A stretch of 64,000 bases of DNA from Acidobacteriota bacterium (lineage in GTDB: Bacteria > Acidobacteriota > Aminicenantia > Aminicenantales > Saccharicenantaceae): positions 24,134-88,133 of the forward strand of contig JADBLN010000012.1 of assembly GCA_014894455.1 (NCBI GenBank). The letters run 5' to 3'. Shown in pieces: positions 1 to 7,935 of this stretch. The notes under the pieces were generated by a model. It was not told the origin of the DNA. It searched no databases and saw only the letters and a program-made list of their open reading frames with translations. Made by a program: the position numbers and the translations under genes. Position 1 is the stretch's first letter; each line of letters opens with the position of its first letter.

Positions 1-1112
1 TCGCCGGACCCGGCCTCATGGATCTCGGCCATGGTGTCGGCGTGCATCCGGACGAGGCGGCCGACCTTGATCTTCTGGCCGGAGCGGGTGTTGACGAGCT
101 CATCGCCCTTGTGCAGGCCGCCCTGGTAGATGCGGATGTAGGTCAGCTGGCCGTAGGCCCCGTCCTCGAGCTTGAAGGCCAGGGCGACCGTCTTGGCCTC
201 CGGGGCGTCGGTGAGGACGCGCTCGGCGCCCTCGTGGTCGAGGTCGATGGCCCGGTTCTCGACTTCCGAGGGGTTGGGCAAATAGTGGACGACGGCGTCG
301 AGCAGGGGCTGGATGCCCTTGTTCCTGTAGGCCGAACCGACGAAGACGGGGACGAGCTTGCGGGTGACGACGCCCCGGCGCACGGCGGCCCGGACGAGGT
401 TCTCGGTCGGGCGGCCTTCGAGCACGGCTTCCATCAATTCGTCGGAATGCATGGACACGGCGTCGAGCATCTCCTCGCGCTTCTCTGCGGCTTCGGCGGC
501 GAGCTCGGCCGGGATCTCCTCGACCCGGATGTCCTCGCCCTCCGGCCCGTCGAAGTAGAGGGCCTTCATGGTGACGAGGTCGACGAGGCCCCGGAAGGCG
601 CTTTCGAGGCCGATCGGGATCTGCATGAGGACGGCGTTGTGGCCGAGCTTGTCGGCGATCTGCTCGCGGACCTTGAAGGGATTGGCCCCGACCCGGTCGA
701 GCTTGTTAATGAAGGCGATGAACGGCACGTTGTAGCGGCGGAGCTGGCGGTCGACGGTGATGGTCTGGGATTGGACGCCCCCGACCGAGCAGAGGACGAG
801 GATGGCCGAGTCGAGGACGCGCAGGGAGCGCTCGACCTCGATGGTGAAGTCGACGTGGCCGGGCGTATCGATGATGTTGATGGAGTGGTCGGCCCACTCG
901 ACGTTGGTCGTGGCCGAGGTGATGGTGATGCCGCGCTCGCGCTCGAGGTCCATGGAGTCCATGGTCGCGCCGACGCCGTCCTTGCCCTTGACCTCGTGGA
1001 TCTTGTGGATCTTCTTGCAATAGAAGAGGATCCGCTCTGTCAAGGTCGTCTTGCCAGAGTCGATGTGGGCGCTGATGCCGATGTTGCGCATTCTCGCGAT
1101 GTCGGTGCTCAT
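1..1112 (-). CDS. fusA: Elongation factor G, N-terminal ~370 aa (3' end lies outside the window). Stand-alone paralogue, not in an rpsL-rpsG-fusA context.
   Basis: The minus frame is open from the window edge to the ATG at 1112..1110. Translation reads [67 protein letters not shown]...IDTPGHVDF, which carries the EF-G GTPase G1-G3 motifs. It is absent from the ORF track because there is no stop codon in the window. Confidence 0.9.
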   Translation of the reverse strand, partial: MSTDIARMRNIGISAHIDSGKTTLTERILFYCKKIHKIHEVKGKDGVGATMDSMDLERERGITITSATTNVEWADHSINIIDTPGHVDFTIEVERSLRVLDSAILVLCSVGGVQSQTITVDRQLRRYNVPFIAFINKLDRVGANPFKVREQIADKLGHNAVLMQIPIGLESAFRGLVDLVTMKALYFDGPEGEDIRVEEIPAELAAEAAEKREEMLDAVSMHSDELMEAVLEGRPTENLVRAAVRRGVVTRKLVPVFVGSAYRNKGIQPLLDAVVHYLPNPSEVENRAIDLDHEGAERVLTDAPEAKTVALAFKLEDGAYGQLTYIRIYQGGLHKGDELVNTRSGQKIKVGRLVRMHADTMAEIHEAGSG

Positions 1113-1281
1113 GGAAAGCTCGCTTTCGAAGATTCACGCCTGTCGGGATGTTCGGGGTGTTGCCGGTGCGGGACCAACGGGTGTACCGAAATCGAACAGT
1201 CGAAATCTTATTATAGCGGAAATCCCGGTCGGGCTCAAGAGCCGCGGTCCAAGGAGGAGGGGGGAGGCCGATCCGGGTCGG

Positions 1282-1310
1282 TTGTGTCGCGGCGGGCGCC
1301 GGCCTATAAT
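1282..1310 (+). promoter_or_regulatory. Putative sigma70-type promoter (TTGTGT-N17-TATAAT) for the M64 peptidase gene
   Basis: TATAAT at 1305-1310, with a 17-nt spacer back to TTGTGT at 1282-1287. The GAGGAGG RBS at 1325-1331 lies 5 nt before the ATG at 1337. Confidence 0.4.
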
Positions 1311-1336
1311 TGCCGGGAAGATACGAGGAGGCCCGC

Positions 1337-2815
1337 ATGAAAAAAGCCCTGTTCGCCCTTTTCCTGATCGCCCTGGCACTTTCGACCCTGGCCGCAGCTC
1401 AAGTTCAACCGCTGTTCGATGAGTATTTCCTCGATAAGGCCCTGCGGATCGACCTCTACCAGGCCGGAGACGCCAAAGACGAAAGCGTCACCGTCCATCA
1501 GGTCACCGAAGAGGGACTCTGGCCCGAATCCAAGTCCGGTCTCCTCCCGCCCTTCGAATATGGCCGCTACGTCTTGAAGCTCTACGATGTCGTATCGAAC
1601 CGGCTCATCTTCGCCCGCGGCTTCGACACCATGTTCGCCGAGTACAAGACGACCTCCCCGGCGCTTCTCGGGACGGCGCGCGTTTTCCAACGGTCGGTCC
1701 GCGTCCCCCTGCCCAAGCGCCCGGTCTTTTTCTTCGTCGAAAAACGCGACAAGCGCCACCTCCTCCAGCCGCTCTTCAGCCAGGTCCTCGACCCGGCCGA
1801 CTACCACATCGGCCGGGAGAAACCGGCCTTGGGCGATTGGATCTATGAAGCCCAGGTCACGGGTGACCCCCACGACAAGGTCGACTTCGTCTTCGTCGCC
1901 GAGGGGTATACCGCCGAGGACAAGGACAAATTCAAGGCCGACGTGGACCGGATGGCGGCCTATCTCTTCACGGTCGAATCCTACAAGGGAAAAAAGGACA
2001 GGTTCAATATCCGTGCGGTCTTCAGAGCGTCGGCCGAGCGGGGTATGGACGAGCCCCGCCAACGCATCTATAAAAAGACCGTGCTCAACGCCTCCTTTAA
2101 CGCCTTCGACCTCGACCGCTACATGCTTATCGAGGACGACCACAGGATGCACGAGATCGCCGGCCAGGTCCCTTACGACGCCATCATCGTCCTGGTCAAT
2201 AGCCGGCGCTACGGCGGCGGCAGCATCGGGCTCGACTATTGCGTGACGACGGTCGACCACCCTTCGAGCCCTCAGGTCTTCGTCCACGAGCTCGGGCACT
2301 CCTTCGCCTACCTGGCCGACGAGTACTACCAGTCCGAAGTCTCCTACAACGATTTCTACCCCGCGGGCGTCGAGCCGCTCGAGGCCAACATCACCGCCCT
2401 GCTCGACCCGGCCAACGTCAAGTGGAAAGACCTCCTGTCGCCGGGGATCGGCATCCCGACCGAATACGGCAAGGATAGGACCGAGGCCCTCCAGGCCGAG
2501 CGGCGGGCGGGCCGGGAGGCCCGGGCCAAGGACGTCGAGGCGGCGAAAAAGAAGGGCGCTCTGGAAAAGGAGATCGAGCGGATCGAGGATAAATACAAGG
2601 CGGCCGACGCCGCCCTGGCCGTCCGGGCCGAGGCCGTCCGCAAGGAATTCGCTGCGCTCGACGACAAGGTCGGCGTCTTCGAAGGAGCGGGCTACGCCTC
2701 GAAGGGTCTTTATCGGCCCATGGTCTATTGCATCATGATCGGGAATCCCAAGAACGAATTCTGTCGGGTCTGCCAGAAGGCCATCGGCCGGATGATCGAT
2801 TTCTACAGCCGATGA
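1337..2815 (+). CDS. Secreted zinc metallopeptidase, M64 (IgA-peptidase-like) family
   Basis: Signal peptide MKKALFALFLIALALSTLAAAQ. HELGHSFAYLADEY zinc motif, typical of M64. The start was moved to the ATG at 1337, behind a strong RBS. Confidence 0.8.
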   Translation: MKKALFALFLIALALSTLAAAQVQPLFDEYFLDKALRIDLYQAGDAKDESVTVHQVTEEGLWPESKSGLLPPFEYGRYVLKLYDVVSNRLIFARGFDTMFAEYKTTSPALLGTARVFQRSVRVPLPKRPVFFFVEKRDKRHLLQPLFSQVLDPADYHIGREKPALGDWIYEAQVTGDPHDKVDFVFVAEGYTAEDKDKFKADVDRMAAYLFTVESYKGKKDRFNIRAVFRASAERGMDEPRQRIYKKTVLNASFNAFDLDRYMLIEDDHRMHEIAGQVPYDAIIVLVNSRRYGGGSIGLDYCVTTVDHPSSPQVFVHELGHSFAYLADEYYQSEVSYNDFYPAGVEPLEANITALLDPANVKWKDLLSPGIGIPTEYGKDRTEALQAERRAGREARAKDVEAAKKKGALEKEIERIEDKYKAADAALAVRAEAVRKEFAALDDKVGVFEGAGYASKGLYRPMVYCIMIGNPKNEFCRVCQKAIGRMIDFYSR

Positions 2816-2828
2816 GCTCGAAGCCGGC

Positions 2829-3902
2829 CTATGCCGCCGTTTCGATGATGCCGCCGCCGAGGACGATGTCCTCGTGATAAAAGACTGCCGACTGGCCCGG
2901 CGCGACGGACGAGACGGGTTCGGCGAAGGCGATCCGCGTCCGTCCCTCGTCGAGCGGTGAGATCGTCGCCCCGACGAGCCGGCCGCCCGACCGGACCTTG
3001 ACTTGAACTTCCGCCGGCGCAGCGAGCCTTTCGATCATGCCCCAGGCGCAATCCCGAGCCACGCACGACCGCGTATAGGTCTCGCTCTCCGGGCCGACGA
3101 CGAGGCGGTTGTTTTTGGCGTCGATGGCGGTGACGTAGAGCGGGACGGGATGGGCGATGCCCAGGCCTCTCCGCTGTCCGATCGTGTAGTTCCAGACGCC
3201 GCGGTGCTTGCCGAGGACTTGCCCCGCGCCGTCGACGATGTCGCCCTCGAGGCTCTCGTGCCGGAGAATGTCCCCGATGTCGCCGCCGTAAAAATCCTGG
3301 CTCTCCTTCTTGTCGTGGACGGGGAGATTCTCCTCCCGGGCGATCGTCCGGACCCGGGCTTTCGTGAGTTCCCCCAGCGGGAAAAGGGTCGCCGCGAGCT
3401 GTTCCTGGGACAGGCGGTAAAGAAAATAAGATTGGTCTTTGCGCGGATCGACGGCCTTTTTCAGCAGGAACCGCCCGAGCGCGGCGTCATGTTCCACCCG
3501 GGCGTAGTGCCCCGTCGCGAAACGGTCGAATGCGAGCCCCGATTCCCTGGCTGCGTCCGGGAGGATGCCGAACTTGACCAGCTGGTTGCAGCGGACGCAG
3601 GGGTTCGGCGTCGTCCCGGCCAGGTATCCTTCCCGGAAATAGCGGAGGACGAGGTCCTCGTAGTTCGCCGAGCAGTCGAAGACGTGGAGCGGAATGCCGA
3701 GCCGGGCGCAGACGTCCCCGGCCGCCCGGATATCATCGACCTCGTCGGGGCCGTAGCAGGCGCTCCGAACGGCGCCCGGCGCGTCCGGACCGGGCCAGAT
3801 CTTCATCAGGACGCCGGAGACCTCGTGTCCCGCCCGGACCATGAGCAGCGCGGCGACGGACGAATCGACCCCGCCGCTCATGCCGACGGCGACCTTCATC
3901 AT
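2829..3902 (-). CDS. mnmA: tRNA-specific 2-thiouridylase MnmA (CxxC-type; the second catalytic Cys position reads Tyr)
   Basis: MMKVAVGMSGGVDSSVAA PP-loop, TPNPCVRCN motif, and a C-terminal GQRRGLGI block. The start is the ATGATG at 3902..3897. The upstream part of the 473-aa ORF is Arg/Pro-rich junk. Confidence 0.88.
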   Translation of the reverse strand: MMKVAVGMSGGVDSSVAALLMVRAGHEVSGVLMKIWPGPDAPGAVRSACYGPDEVDDIRAAGDVCARLGIPLHVFDCSANYEDLVLRYFREGYLAGTTPNPCVRCNQLVKFGILPDAARESGLAFDRFATGHYARVEHDAALGRFLLKKAVDPRKDQSYFLYRLSQEQLAATLFPLGELTKARVRTIAREENLPVHDKKESQDFYGGDIGDILRHESLEGDIVDGAGQVLGKHRGVWNYTIGQRRGLGIAHPVPLYVTAIDAKNNRLVVGPESETYTRSCVARDCAWGMIERLAAPAEVQVKVRSGGRLVGATISPLDEGRTRIAFAEPVSSVAPGQSAVFYHEDIVLGGGIIETAA

Positions 3903-3916
3903 CTCTACGCCGTTTC

Positions 3917-4204
3917 TTAGGATTGCTTCAGCGCCCAATCCTTGAGCTTCTCGTAGTCCATCTCGCCGCAGACGGCGTCGCTCGAGTCGGGATTGAGGAA
4001 CGCTGGGACCTTGAGGTGACCGCCGCACTTGGGCGCGATGACGGGCTGGTAGGACCGCATCAGGTCCTGGTTTTTCTCGTCGTGCCAGATTTCGTGCTTG
4101 TCGAAGCGGACGCCGGTTTCCTGTTCGAGCTTCTCGACGAGGGGCATCATCCTCTTGCAGTGGGGGCATTCCTGCCCGTGGAACATCAGCAGATTCGCCA
4201 TCAT
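3917..4204 (-). CDS. Small thioredoxin-fold protein with a CPHC active site
   Basis: 95 aa, MMANLLMFHGQECPHCKRMMPLVEKLE..., glutaredoxin/thioredoxin-like layout. Its start overlaps the upstream stop by 4 nt (4201-4204). Confidence 0.75.
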   Translation of the reverse strand: MMANLLMFHGQECPHCKRMMPLVEKLEQETGVRFDKHEIWHDEKNQDLMRSYQPVIAPKCGGHLKVPAFLNPDSSDAVCGEMDYEKLKDWALKQS

Positions 4205-4632
4205 TTCCTCCTGACAAAGAGTCCGCACCAGCATTCCCCGTCCGGAACACGTGCGTATGTCTCGTGGATGGTGAAGTTGCAGGGGCAGACGAGTTTCACA
4301 TCCTCTTCCCAATTCTTGGTGAACAGCCGGCAGGGGCAGAACTTGAAGCCGTGGTTGCGCTCGTTCTCGAAGATGCCTTTGACGAGCAGGTCGACCTTTT
4401 CTCCGTCCGGGCTGACCTGGAACTCGTTGCCTGCCGTGAACCGTTCGATGGCCGCCCGGAACTCGTCCGCCGTCAGGGAGACGCCGGGCCCGCCGCCCAG
4501 GATCCTCCGGGCCTCGTCCGCCGAGATCTCGACGTAACCGTTGAGGACCTTGCATGTGGGGCACAGCTCAGGCGGGGCGATGCCGTAGTGGATGTCGTTA
4601 CAGACGAAACAGCGCCAGGTGCGTTTCTTCAT
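4201..4632 (-). CDS. Ferredoxin:thioredoxin reductase catalytic-subunit-like protein with an N-terminal rubredoxin-type CxxC...CxxC module
   Basis: 143 aa. N-terminus reads WRCFVCNDIHYG..PELCPTCK. The C-terminus reads FCPCR-x14-CPC-x17-CWCGLF, colinear with the FTR CPC...CPC...CHC signature but with Trp in place of His. Confidence 0.7.
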   Translation of the reverse strand: MKKRTWRCFVCNDIHYGIAPPELCPTCKVLNGYVEISADEARRILGGGPGVSLTADEFRAAIERFTAGNEFQVSPDGEKVDLLVKGIFENERNHGFKFCPCRLFTKNWEEDVKLVCPCNFTIHETYARVPDGECWCGLFVRRK

Positions 4633-4676
4633 GGGGGGTCCTCGCCCGTCATTCTCGACCATCTTACTAGGAAATG

Positions 4677-4729
4677 AAGAGGGGGTCAAACCTACCTTTT
4701 GCTGCAAAAGGTAGGTTTGACCCCCTCTT
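4677..4729 (-). terminator. Perfect 26-bp inverted repeat (hairpin) downstream of the DUF481 porin gene
   Basis: aagagggggtcaaacctaccttttgc / t / gcaaaaggtaggtttgaccccctctt, with no mismatch. On the minus strand it is followed by a moderately U-rich CUUCAUUUCC. Confidence 0.6.
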
Positions 4730-4733
4730 GAGA

Positions 4734-5618
4734 TCAGAAATTGATGACGATCGAGGTCGTCAGGAACGTGTCGAGCTCCTTCAGGGGGACGGAGACGAAG
4801 AGGCCGGTCGGCAGGCCGCCGAGATCGAAGAGAGCAAGGCTTTGGAGAGCGGGGACGTTGGTGTAGATCATCCGCAGGCTTATTTTCAGGGCCAGGGACT
4901 TCGAAATGGAGGCCGACACCGAATTCGTCCAATCGAACCGCCAGTCTATCATCCGCTTCAGGTTCTTGTCGAAGACGAACTGCGTCGAGACGGAGGAGTT
5001 ATCGAGGATCTTCTGGTCGGCGAGGATGCTGAACCGGAGACCGGCGAACGAGGCCATGTCCTGGCCCACGTATTGTCTCAACGTGTAGGTCATGCCGGCG
5101 GCGGTCTTGATCTGGGTCCGTTCTTTTTCGACCCAGGCGTAGCCGAAGCCGGTGGTTAACATGACCCGGTCGTCGACGCCGGCGAAGCGGTTGCGGTCCC
5201 AGCTCAGGCCGATCTGCCCGGAGAGATTTTTGGATATCCGGCGGTCGTACTGGCCGGCAAGCAGATAGTTTTCGGAGACGAGGCGATTGATCTTTTCCTC
5301 GACGATATCGAAATCGGTCTCGGTCCCCCGTGCGGTCCGGGTCGTCGTCGTGGAATTGCTCTTCAGGATGTAGGACTTGAAAAGCAACGTGTCGTTCGTC
5401 CACTTCCGGGTGAACGACGTGCCGAGGCTGAAGGCCGAAGTCGCCGTGTTGCCTCCCGTGACCACGAAGCTGAGCTCGGCTGTGGCCAACCACGGGCCGA
5501 GGAGGCCCTTCTTGCTTTCCTCGCCGCGAACGAGGCCGGGCCGGATGGCGAGGACCGCCAGCAGACCGAGCGCCGCCGCCGCTTTAAAATGGCATTTTCC
5601 TGTTCTGTCCATGTCCAT
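4734..5618 (-). CDS. Outer-membrane beta-barrel protein, DUF481 (YdiY-like) family
   Basis: Signal peptide (...KAAAALGLLAVLAIRPG), alternating beta-strand pattern and a C-terminal ...SIVINF, as in OMPs. ATG at 5618; the GTG at 5621 or the ATG at 5612 are alternatives. Confidence 0.6.
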   Translation of the reverse strand: MDMDRTGKCHFKAAAALGLLAVLAIRPGLVRGEESKKGLLGPWLATAELSFVVTGGNTATSAFSLGTSFTRKWTNDTLLFKSYILKSNSTTTTRTARGTETDFDIVEEKINRLVSENYLLAGQYDRRISKNLSGQIGLSWDRNRFAGVDDRVMLTTGFGYAWVEKERTQIKTAAGMTYTLRQYVGQDMASFAGLRFSILADQKILDNSSVSTQFVFDKNLKRMIDWRFDWTNSVSASISKSLALKISLRMIYTNVPALQSLALFDLGGLPTGLFVSVPLKELDTFLTTSIVINF

Positions 5619-5650
5619 CACTCCATCACTCCATCACTCCAGCACTCCAG
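5619..5650 (-). repeat. Tandem octanucleotide repeat (N)TGGAGTG x4, plus a degenerate fifth unit at 5611-5618, in the porin leader and start region
   Basis: The minus strand reads CTGGAGTG CTGGAGTG ATGGAGTG ATGGAGTG ATGGACATGG. Each unit carries GGAG, and the last three carry ATG. Confidence 0.9.
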
Positions 5651-5675
5651 ATCGACGAGTCGCCATGAGTTTAAT

Positions 5676-5704
5676 AAAATACCCGTTGGCCGGAGGGCTG
5701 TCAA
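5676..5704 (-). promoter_or_regulatory. Putative promoter TTGACA-N17-TATTTT for the DUF481 gene
   Basis: Minus strand: TTGACA (5704..5699), 17-nt spacer, TATTTT (5681..5676). Confidence 0.5.
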
Positions 5705-5726
5705 CAGAAAGGAATAATAAAGAGCG

Positions 5727-6581
5727 CTATTTCGCCAAAGCGTCGTAATAGAGGGCCGCGGCGCCGAGGATGGCGATGTTCTCGGTCTCCGAGACCTCGA
5801 TCTTCAGCCGTTCCTTGGTGATGGAATAGGCGAAGGACTGGAACGCCTCCCACATGGCCGCCTGGAAGAACCGGAAGGACTTGCTGACCGACCCGCCGAG
5901 GACGATGACCTCCGGGTCGACGGCATAGCAAATGGCTTTGACAGCCGCTCCGAGATGGACGCCGAACTCGGCGAAGATCCGGAGGGCGCGCTCGTCGCCC
6001 CGCTCCGCCCGCCCGGCGAGCTCCCGCCCTGAGACGCCGTGGACGCGCGCGAAGAACTGGCCGCTGGCGTAGGCTTCGAAATTCCTGTCGAGGTAGGGGA
6101 GCATGCCGAACTCGCCGGCTCCGCAGTTGATGCCGGAGTAGAGCCTGCCGTTGGCGATGACCCCGGCCCCGAGCCCCGTTCCGACGATGAGGCCGACGGC
6201 GTGGTCGTAGGGCTTGGCCTGGCCAAAGTATTTCTCGCCCGCGGCGAAACAGTTGGCGTCGTTGTTGACGTAGGCGGGAAGACGGTAGCGCTCCTCGAGA
6301 CGGGCTTTGAGGGGGACCTTTTTCCAGGAACGGATGTTCTGGACGTCGTAAACGATCCCGGCCTTGAGGTCGATGACCGAGGGCACCCCGGCCCCGATCC
6401 CGGCCACGTCCGGCCTCATGACCGAGTCGATAGCGCTGAAGACGTCCTCGAGGACGTCCTGTTCCGAACCCTGACCTCGGACGGCGACGGACCGGACGTC
6501 GGTGAGACGGCCGCCCTCGACGACGCCGGCCCGGACGTTCGTCCCGCCGAGGTCGACGCCGATGACCGTGTCCGCGCTCAC
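5727..6581 (-). CDS. ROK-family sugar kinase (glucokinase-like; lacks the CxCGxxGC zinc motif)
   Basis: VSADTVIGVDLGGTNVR..., NDANCFAAGE and GAGEFG blocks. The GTG start at 6581..6579 overlaps the upstream stop (GTGA). The remainder of the 523-aa ORF is antisense-type junk. Confidence 0.75.
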   Translation of the reverse strand: MSADTVIGVDLGGTNVRAGVVEGGRLTDVRSVAVRGQGSEQDVLEDVFSAIDSVMRPDVAGIGAGVPSVIDLKAGIVYDVQNIRSWKKVPLKARLEERYRLPAYVNNDANCFAAGEKYFGQAKPYDHAVGLIVGTGLGAGVIANGRLYSGINCGAGEFGMLPYLDRNFEAYASGQFFARVHGVSGRELAGRAERGDERALRIFAEFGVHLGAAVKAICYAVDPEVIVLGGSVSKSFRFFQAAMWEAFQSFAYSITKERLKIEVSETENIAILGAAALYYDALAK

Positions 6582-7876
6582 GCCGCTTCCTTTTTCTTCT
6601 TCATGGCGATCGTCTCGTTGGCGATGAGCGGCCGGGCCCAGAGGCCGATGCTCAGGATGTAGCCCAAGGTGAGATAGAGGAAGAACATCCCCTGACGGAG
6701 GCCGAATGCGTCCCCCAGGCGGCCGATGACGAGGGGCACGATCGCTCCGCCGATGATCCCGGTGCAGAGGATCCCGGAGAACGAGCCGTGGTGGCTCGAG
6801 ACGGAGTTCAGGGCGAGCGAGAAGATGATCGGCCACATGACCGATGCGGCGAAACCCATGAGCGGGAACATGATCAGAGCCAGCGGTCCCGGCCCGAACA
6901 GGGCCAGGCTGAGGAAGACGATGGCCGCGACGGCGAACCCGACCAGGACCTTCCGGCTGTCGAAAAGCTTGAGCAAGACGAGGCCGAGGACGCCGCCGAC
7001 GGTCATCAGGCCCCAGAAGAGGGAGACCTTGCTGGCCCCGACGGTCTGCGGGTCGACCTTGTGGTAGGTCATCAGGAACTGCGAGATCCAGTTGGCGACG
7101 CCCTGCTCCGTCCCGACGTAGGCGAAGATCCCCAGAAAGTAGAGGAGGACGACCTTGTTCTTGAAGAGCGCCTTGTGGGTGGCCCAAGCGCCGGCCCGTT
7201 CCTCCTCTTTCTTGACCACGAGCGGGAAACGGACGGCGGCCAGGACGGCGATCATGACGATGACCAGGACGGCGAACACCCAGTAGACGGCGACCCACGG
7301 CAGTTCGGGCGGCACGAGCTTCGACATGAGTCCGATGAGCAACTTGCCCTCGCCACCGGGCTGTCCCAGGTTCCGGACGAAATAGGAATAGATGTAGGGG
7401 CTGAGGAAGGAGGCGCTGCCGAAAAGAAGCTGGGCCATGACCGAATTGAAGGCGAAATGCTCTTCACCGCCGGAGACGCGCAGGAGGGGATTGATGGCCA
7501 CCTGGAGGGCGGCCATGCCGGCCCCGATGAGGAACAGCGACAGGATGGCCGTCGAGTAGCGGGGGGAGAGGGAGAAAAGCATGGCCCCGCAGAAAGCCAG
7601 GACGAAGGCGGCGATCATGACCGGCTTCTCCCGGTATTTCTCGAGGAGCATGCCGGCCGGGATGGACATGAAACCGTAGGCGATGAAGAAAGCGAAAGGG
7701 AGGAGGGCGACGAGGGTCAGGCTGAGCTTGAAGCTCTTGATGATATCGGGGACGAGCGGCCCGATGATGTTGGTCAGGAGCGAGATGACGAAGAAGGTCA
7801 GGAAAATGAGGGCGACCATCCCGTAGTGACGGGTCGGCGCGGCGTGAGACGCAGGAACGGACGCGTTATCGTTCAT
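6578..7876 (-). CDS. MFS sugar:H+ symporter (FucP / glucose-galactose transporter-like)
   Basis: 432 aa starting MNDNASVPASH..., with about 12 hydrophobic helices and FucP-like N-terminal helices (LIFLTFFVISLLTNIIGPLVPDIIKSF). Translationally coupled to the ROK kinase gene. Confidence 0.8.
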   Translation of the reverse strand: MNDNASVPASHAAPTRHYGMVALIFLTFFVISLLTNIIGPLVPDIIKSFKLSLTLVALLPFAFFIAYGFMSIPAGMLLEKYREKPVMIAAFVLAFCGAMLFSLSPRYSTAILSLFLIGAGMAALQVAINPLLRVSGGEEHFAFNSVMAQLLFGSASFLSPYIYSYFVRNLGQPGGEGKLLIGLMSKLVPPELPWVAVYWVFAVLVIVMIAVLAAVRFPLVVKKEEERAGAWATHKALFKNKVVLLYFLGIFAYVGTEQGVANWISQFLMTYHKVDPQTVGASKVSLFWGLMTVGGVLGLVLLKLFDSRKVLVGFAVAAIVFLSLALFGPGPLALIMFPLMGFAASVMWPIIFSLALNSVSSHHGSFSGILCTGIIGGAIVPLVIGRLGDAFGLRQGMFFLYLTLGYILSIGLWARPLIANETIAMKKKKEAA

Positions 7877-7935
7877 GGGCAGGCACCGCCTTTCGGATTC
7901 CTTTGTACAACAATTCGGGGCGAAAAAGAAGGGGC

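Noticed and set aside
18-1340. 440-aa plus-strand ORF covering the start of the window
   Set aside because: It lies antisense to a clear EF-G coding sequence. The translation is Asp/Gly/Val/Leu/Arg-rich low-complexity sequence, typical of the open antisense frames in high-GC DNA, and shows no motifs.
5611-5650. The 8-nt repeat as a classical on/off phase-variation switch
   Set aside because: The repeat lies upstream of, and ends at, the main ATG, and each unit is a self-contained SD/ATG/stop cassette. Gain or loss of units therefore does not shift the porin reading frame. I kept it as a possible graded translational element instead.
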